Positions 59,578-64,000 of a stretch of DNA of 64,000 bases are shown here, piece by piece. Numbering within the stretch: position 1 is the first letter of the stretch; every line of letters starts with the position of its first letter. The notes beneath the pieces were generated by a model, which made no database searches, had not been told where the DNA came from, and worked only from the letters and a program-made list of their open reading frames with translations. Source of the stretch: an uncultured Gemmatimonadales bacterium (GTDB lineage Bacteria; Gemmatimonadota; Gemmatimonadetes; Gemmatimonadales; GWC2-71-9); contig CAWCVB010000001.1 of assembly GCA_963798915.1 (NCBI GenBank), forward strand, positions 256,001 through 320,000. The letters are read 5' to 3'. Position numbers and translations under genes: made by a program.

Positions 59578-61941
59578 TCACGGCCTCCGCTGCCCTCGGT
59601 ACGGCAGCCCGAGTCGTCGCAATGTGGCCTGAAACCGCGGATGATCGCGGATCGGATCAAGCGTGGGATTCCAGAGCGTCAGCACACCGTTGGGCGTCGG
59701 CCTGGTGCCCAGGCGGTCCACCGCAGCGAGCGCGCCCGCCGTATCGCCCAGCAGCACGAGCCAGTTTACCCTGTAGTCGCCACTGAGGCCCCACGACGCG
59801 CTCGCCGGCGTGCGCGAGAGCAGCGCCAGTGCCTCGCCGCGGCGCCCGGAGTCCGCCACAGCGTGAATCAGCCCGGAATAGATGTCCGGATCAACGCCGC
59901 TTGCCTGGGCCAGGCCCCGCCCGGCCTGTTCGGCGAGATCGTATCGCCCCGCCATCAGCTCAGCCCACATCCGCCACATGAGCGGCAGCGCCAGGCCGGG
60001 GGCCAGCTCCGAGGCATGGCGCAGCAGCGTCGCGGCCGAATCATAGTGATGGAGAAAGAGTTGCGCGGTGCCGACGGTCGTCGCAGGAATCGGGGCGAGG
60101 GGATCGAGCGTACGAGCCCGCTCCATCCAGGGGACGGCCGCCGCGGCCTGACCGGTCCAGAACAGGAATTGTCCATACTGTTCCAGGGCCTCTGCGTCGC
60201 TGGGGGCCCACCTCAGCGCGCGTGCAAAGGCAGCCTCGGCGGCGGCCCACTGCATCCGATCCCGGTACACGCTGCCCAGTACCGCATAGGCCGGCCCCAG
60301 GGTGCTGTCGAGCGCGATCGCCCGCCGGGCTGCCTGTTCCGCCCCGGGGAGCTCCTCCTCAAAGGAGGCCAGCCCATACGCCGGCAGCAGCTCGCGGGCT
60401 GCCGCGAGCCCGGCCCACGCGGGTGCGAAGCTCGAGTCACTCGAGATGGCGCCCTGGAAGTAGGCGATGGATTGCTGGAGTGCGGGGCCCCGGACTGCCA
60501 GGAGGGAGAGCCCGCGCAGGTAGAGGTCGTGCGCCTTGACGGGCGTCGAGCCGGGAACGGAGCGCGCGATAAGGCCCAGACGCACCTTGAGTGCCTCCGC
60601 CAGGGCTTGGGAAATCTCGTCCTCCACCGCGAACAGGTCGGCGAGATGGCCGTCGAATTTGCCGGACCAGATCTGAGAGCCGTTCCGCGTGTCGATGAGT
60701 TGGGCGGTAATGCGGACCTCGTCCCCCTCGCGCTGAATACTTCCCTCGAGCACGGCGGCCACGCCGAGGCGCCGTCCGACTTCCCGAGCGTCGATCGCCT
60801 GGCCTTTGAACCGAAACGCCGAAGCCCGCGCGGCGACCCGCAGCTCGGGGACCTGCATCAGGGCATACAGGATCTCCTCAGTGACACCGTCGCTGAAGTA
60901 TTCACCGGACGAGTCCCCCCGCAGGTTCCGGAACGGCAAGACGGCAATTGAGCGGGGTGGCTCGACAACGCCACTGGGAGACCCGGTGCCCCCGCTTCGG
61001 GCGCGCATCGCCCACCAACCGCCCATGAGGAGCATGACCATCGCCACCAGAGACAGAGCTCGATGCTTTGCCCTTGGGCGGTCGCCCGAGCCGTTCTGCT
61101 CCACACCCAATCCGGGCTGGGTGATGGCGATGGTGCCACCCGGTCGTGGCGCCCCTGCGGCGACCGTTGGACCACTGGATCGGGACTCGAGCTCGCGAGA
61201 CGGGGTCGGCTGGCTCTCTCCAGGGTCAGCGCGAATCCTCGCCATCGCCGCCCGCGTCTCCGCCGATGGTTCCATGTCGTACTCCTGCTGCAGCGTCCGC
61301 GCGAAGGCCTGGTACACCTGCACAGCTGCCGCCCGGTCGCCCAGGCGCTCCAGCAGGAAGATCAGACGACGAAGCGCGCTCTCGTCAGTGGGAGAGAGGG
61401 CGAGCGCACGGCGCGCCGCCGCTGCCGCGCCGGCGGCATCGCCGTCTCGCTCCCGTGCCACGGCCAGCGCCCAGCCCACCTCTCCCGCCCGCTGCCTCAG
61501 TCGGTCGCGCTCCTCGTCCAGCCAACGCTCGAACCCCGGGGCCGCTGAGATGTGGAAGCCCGCAAGCAGCTCGCCCCGATAAAGCGCGAGCGCATCAGCC
61601 GGCCGCCCCTGGTCTACCGCAGCATCGAACGCCCAGGCATCACAGCCCAGCTGATCGGGCGCGAGGGCCAGCTCCTCGTCGCCACGTGACACGATCGTCG
61701 TCGGACCAAGGGCCCGGCGCAGGATGTAGACCGACTGTCGGAGCGCGTGCCGGGCCTGCTCGGCACTGTCATCCGGCCAGAAGAGGGCAAAGAGGGTATC
61801 CCGACGGTGGAAACCGCGTGGCGTAGCGAGCGCGAGATAGCAGAGGAGGGCCGCGCGCCGGGGCTGCGCGAGAACCGCGCCGATGGCTCTGCCGTCGGCC
61901 GAGGTCAACTCCAAGGCGCCCAGGGTACGCAGTTCGATCAT
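59578..61941 (-). CDS. BTAD/SARP-type transcriptional activator with TM, TolB-like and TPR regions
   Basis: LRTLG, LFWPD, LRQSVYILRR, LYRGELL, EPSAET; SIAVLPFRNL; TPRs. Confidence 0.92.
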   Translation of the reverse strand: MIELRTLGALELTSADGRAIGAVLAQPRRAALLCYLALATPRGFHRRDTLFALFWPDDSAEQARHALRQSVYILRRALGPTTIVSRGDEELALAPDQLGCDAWAFDAAVDQGRPADALALYRGELLAGFHISAAPGFERWLDEERDRLRQRAGEVGWALAVARERDGDAAGAAAAARRALALSPTDESALRRLIFLLERLGDRAAAVQVYQAFARTLQQEYDMEPSAETRAAMARIRADPGESQPTPSRELESRSSGPTVAAGAPRPGGTIAITQPGLGVEQNGSGDRPRAKHRALSLVAMVMLLMGGWWAMRARSGGTGSPSGVVEPPRSIAVLPFRNLRGDSSGEYFSDGVTEEILYALMQVPELRVAARASAFRFKGQAIDAREVGRRLGVAAVLEGSIQREGDEVRITAQLIDTRNGSQIWSGKFDGHLADLFAVEDEISQALAEALKVRLGLIARSVPGSTPVKAHDLYLRGLSLLAVRGPALQQSIAYFQGAISSDSSFAPAWAGLAAARELLPAYGLASFEEELPGAEQAARRAIALDSTLGPAYAVLGSVYRDRMQWAAAEAAFARALRWAPSDAEALEQYGQFLFWTGQAAAAVPWMERARTLDPLAPIPATTVGTAQLFLHHYDSAATLLRHASELAPGLALPLMWRMWAELMAGRYDLAEQAGRGLAQASGVDPDIYSGLIHAVADSGRRGEALALLSRTPASASWGLSGDYRVNWLVLLGDTAGALAAVDRLGTRPTPNGVLTLWNPTLDPIRDHPRFQATLRRLGLPYRGQRRP

Positions 61942-61964
61942 GTCGCCGGTCCGGCAGGAGAGGG

Positions 61965-62019
61965 CGTCACCCGGCGGTGACGACCGGAAGACTGCGGGGT
62001 GACGGACGTCGCGGAGATT
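61965..62019 (+). promoter_or_regulatory. 11-bp-phased heptamers (candidate SARP boxes) and a possible -10
   Basis: GGTGACG 61976, GAAGACT 61987, GGTGACG 61998, inverted CGTCACC 61965, GAGATT 62014. Confidence 0.55.
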
Positions 62020-62105
62020 GTCCTAACCTATGCCGCCGCCGGTCGCTCGCAAGCAGCGGGTGACGAGCAGGCCGCGGTTGGGACACACCCTGGAGGAGGT
62101 CCCCC

Positions 62106-62618
62106 ATGTTACACCGTACCTTCGCAAGTCTGATCGTCACGCTCGCCGCCACAGCCGGATTCATCGCCTGCTCGGACGACTCACCCGTTGCACCGAGCGG
62201 CACCGACCTGGTGGTAGCGGATGTTGCCACCACCACGCTCACGCCGTTCACCTTCCGCGCGCCGCTCGATCCGTATCGGATCCAGCAATTGCCGGACTTC
62301 ATGATGCACTCGAAGGCCACGACGGACATCGTGATCCAGCGGAGCGTGTTCGCTCCTGGCGCGGGCATGTGGCACACCCATCCCGGGCCCAGCTTCGTCT
62401 ACGTCATCGAAGGCGCCATCAAGCTGGAGCGGTATACCAGCAAGGATGGCTGCACGGAAACTCCAGTGTACGGCCCCGGCAGCGCCTACTTCGAGGTCCC
62501 TGACCAGGTGCATCGGGCCGTGGTGGTGAGCGAGGCCTCCGCCGTCGTCCTGGTCACGCGATTTAACATCCCGGTGGGTGCACCAATCACGGTCCCGGCA
62601 GCCGATCCGGGTTGCTAG
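62106..62618 (+). CDS. Cupin-domain lipoprotein
   Basis: GGAGGAGG RBS, FIAC lipobox, WHTHPGP, VH. Confidence 0.85.
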   Translation: MLHRTFASLIVTLAATAGFIACSDDSPVAPSGTDLVVADVATTTLTPFTFRAPLDPYRIQQLPDFMMHSKATTDIVIQRSVFAPGAGMWHTHPGPSFVYVIEGAIKLERYTSKDGCTETPVYGPGSAYFEVPDQVHRAVVVSEASAVVLVTRFNIPVGAPITVPAADPGC

Positions 62619-62673
62619 TCTGGCCCGCGGCCGGCGGCTGGAGAAGAAGCGAGGAAGACACGACGAAACCGCA

Positions 62674-62697
62674 AGGCCGGCGCTGGCGCGCCGGCCT
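62674..62697. terminator. Hairpin between convergent genes
   Basis: AGGCCGGCGC-TGGC-GCGCCGGCCT. Confidence 0.5.
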
Positions 62698-62764
62698 ATG
62701 TCCCTCCCCAGTGCCTCCACGAGGTCGCGATACAGCCTCGGCCTTGGTGCGGGAAATCCCTCGT

Positions 62765-63973
62765 TTACGCCGCGCCAGGAACACCCTCCCGCCACTCATA
62801 CTCCGGCAGCGAGATGTCGTCACGCAGGTCCCGGCCCACCACCAGATTCGCAATCGCAGGATATCGCAGCACCGAGGTGACCAGATTCCGGAATCGAATA
62901 CCAAGCGCCGTCCTGGGCGCGAACGCGGACGCAAACTTGGCGGCTGAGCGCTGCTTCCGATCCAAAAAAGGCTTCATGTGGGATTGATATCGGTCAAAGG
63001 CCACAGTGTGGTCGCCCGCGGCGCGCTGGAGTTCACCAGCCAGGACGTAGGCTTCCATCATGGCGAGACCAGTGCCCTCACCCGCCACCAGCGAGACGCA
63101 GGCGGCGGCATCGCCGACCAGCGCCACGCGCCCGGTCGTCCAGTTGGGCATTCGGATCTGGCTCACGCGATCGAAATAGATCGGTGCGGAATGATCCATC
63201 AGCTCCAAAATCTCTGGACACTCCCAGCCGACGTGAGAGAACGCCTCGCGCAGCGCCCGGCGGCGTTCGTCGTCATCGGCTGGCATGGCCGAAGCCAGAT
63301 ATTCGTCGCGGAACACGAAGAGGAACAGGGTCCGGTCATCCCGCAGCGTCAAGCGGGACACCTGCCGCCCGGGTACGGAGTAATTGACGGAGACGTGCGG
63401 ATCGCGCTGCCGGTACCCGTCCGCCTCGAAGGCCGCGACGTGATAGCCGAGCGACACTTCAAACTGCTCCTCGGAAGCGAAGGCCAGCCCCCGCACCCGG
63501 GAATGGAGACCGTCAGCGCCCACCACCAGGTCCACCTCACGCGGCGGCGCCTGCTCGAAGTTGAGGCAGAGGCGGCCGCCGAGATCTTCCCATCCGGCGA
63601 TGGAATCGCCGAACATCGTCTCGACCTGACCCTCGATGGCGCCGTAGATCGTGGCGGCAAGGTCTGACCGGCGCACCTCGATGAAACGGCCCCTGGTCAT
63701 GCGGCGGAACACGTCCACCGGGAAGCCGCCGATCCTGTGCCCCTGTTCATCCGTGTAACGAACTTCCTTCACTTCGTAGTCCAGCGCCTGCAAGCGCGGC
63801 ATCAGGCCCATCTTCTCGGCCAGGTCATATCCGCCGCCCCAGAAATCGATCAGGTAGCCGCCGCGCCTGAGTGCTGGCGCCTGCTCGACCAGCAGTACTT
63901 CATGTCCGGCCTGATGCAGCCACCAGGCGAGCGTCGTGCCCGCAATCCCAGCACCGTTGATCGCAACCTTCAT
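62765..63973 (-). CDS. FAD-dependent monooxygenase
   Basis: GAGIAG, VGADGLHS, LVGDAA, GEGT. Confidence 0.93.
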   Translation of the reverse strand: MKVAINGAGIAGTTLAWWLHQAGHEVLLVEQAPALRRGGYLIDFWGGGYDLAEKMGLMPRLQALDYEVKEVRYTDEQGHRIGGFPVDVFRRMTRGRFIEVRRSDLAATIYGAIEGQVETMFGDSIAGWEDLGGRLCLNFEQAPPREVDLVVGADGLHSRVRGLAFASEEQFEVSLGYHVAAFEADGYRQRDPHVSVNYSVPGRQVSRLTLRDDRTLFLFVFRDEYLASAMPADDDERRRALREAFSHVGWECPEILELMDHSAPIYFDRVSQIRMPNWTTGRVALVGDAAACVSLVAGEGTGLAMMEAYVLAGELQRAAGDHTVAFDRYQSHMKPFLDRKQRSAAKFASAFAPRTALGIRFRNLVTSVLRYPAIANLVVGRDLRDDISLPEYEWREGVPGAA

Positions 63974-64000
63974 CCCTGCTCCGCCATTCAGTGCCCTGCC

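Overview
GC-rich bacterial chromosomal window with about 60 genes. The gene repertoire (Ser/Thr kinase-TPR, BTAD regulator, many secreted peptidases) suggests a Gemmatimonadota-like organism, which is an inference. Content: an ABC exporter, a GAF histidine kinase operon, a TonB-dependent receptor with CopZ nearby, lplA, many exported peptidases/hydrolases, a kynureninase-like/LOG/deoxyhypusine-synthase-like/MFS operon, ndh-queG-kynA-pepE, GH3, an ECF sigma/anti-sigma operon, an IS110 remnant, and a divergent BTAD/cupin pair. No rRNA, tRNA or CRISPR array was recognised. Strongest candidate system: a His/Cys-rich upstream ORF ending in RAPP (5438-5782), whose last codons can base-pair with the ribosome-binding site of the TonB-dependent receptor. 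This looks like a metal-responsive ribosome-arrest attenuator with a non-canonical metal motif. Also notable: dense, nested families of short tandem arrays, REP-like palindromes and ~190 bp inverted-repeat elements, some of which enter coding sequence; an 80 bp direct repeat bracketing the ECF island; and 11-bp-phased heptamers between the BTAD regulator and the cupin gene. Several genes carry single-base frameshifts that are probably sequencing errors. All family calls come from motif recognition by eye; no searches were run.
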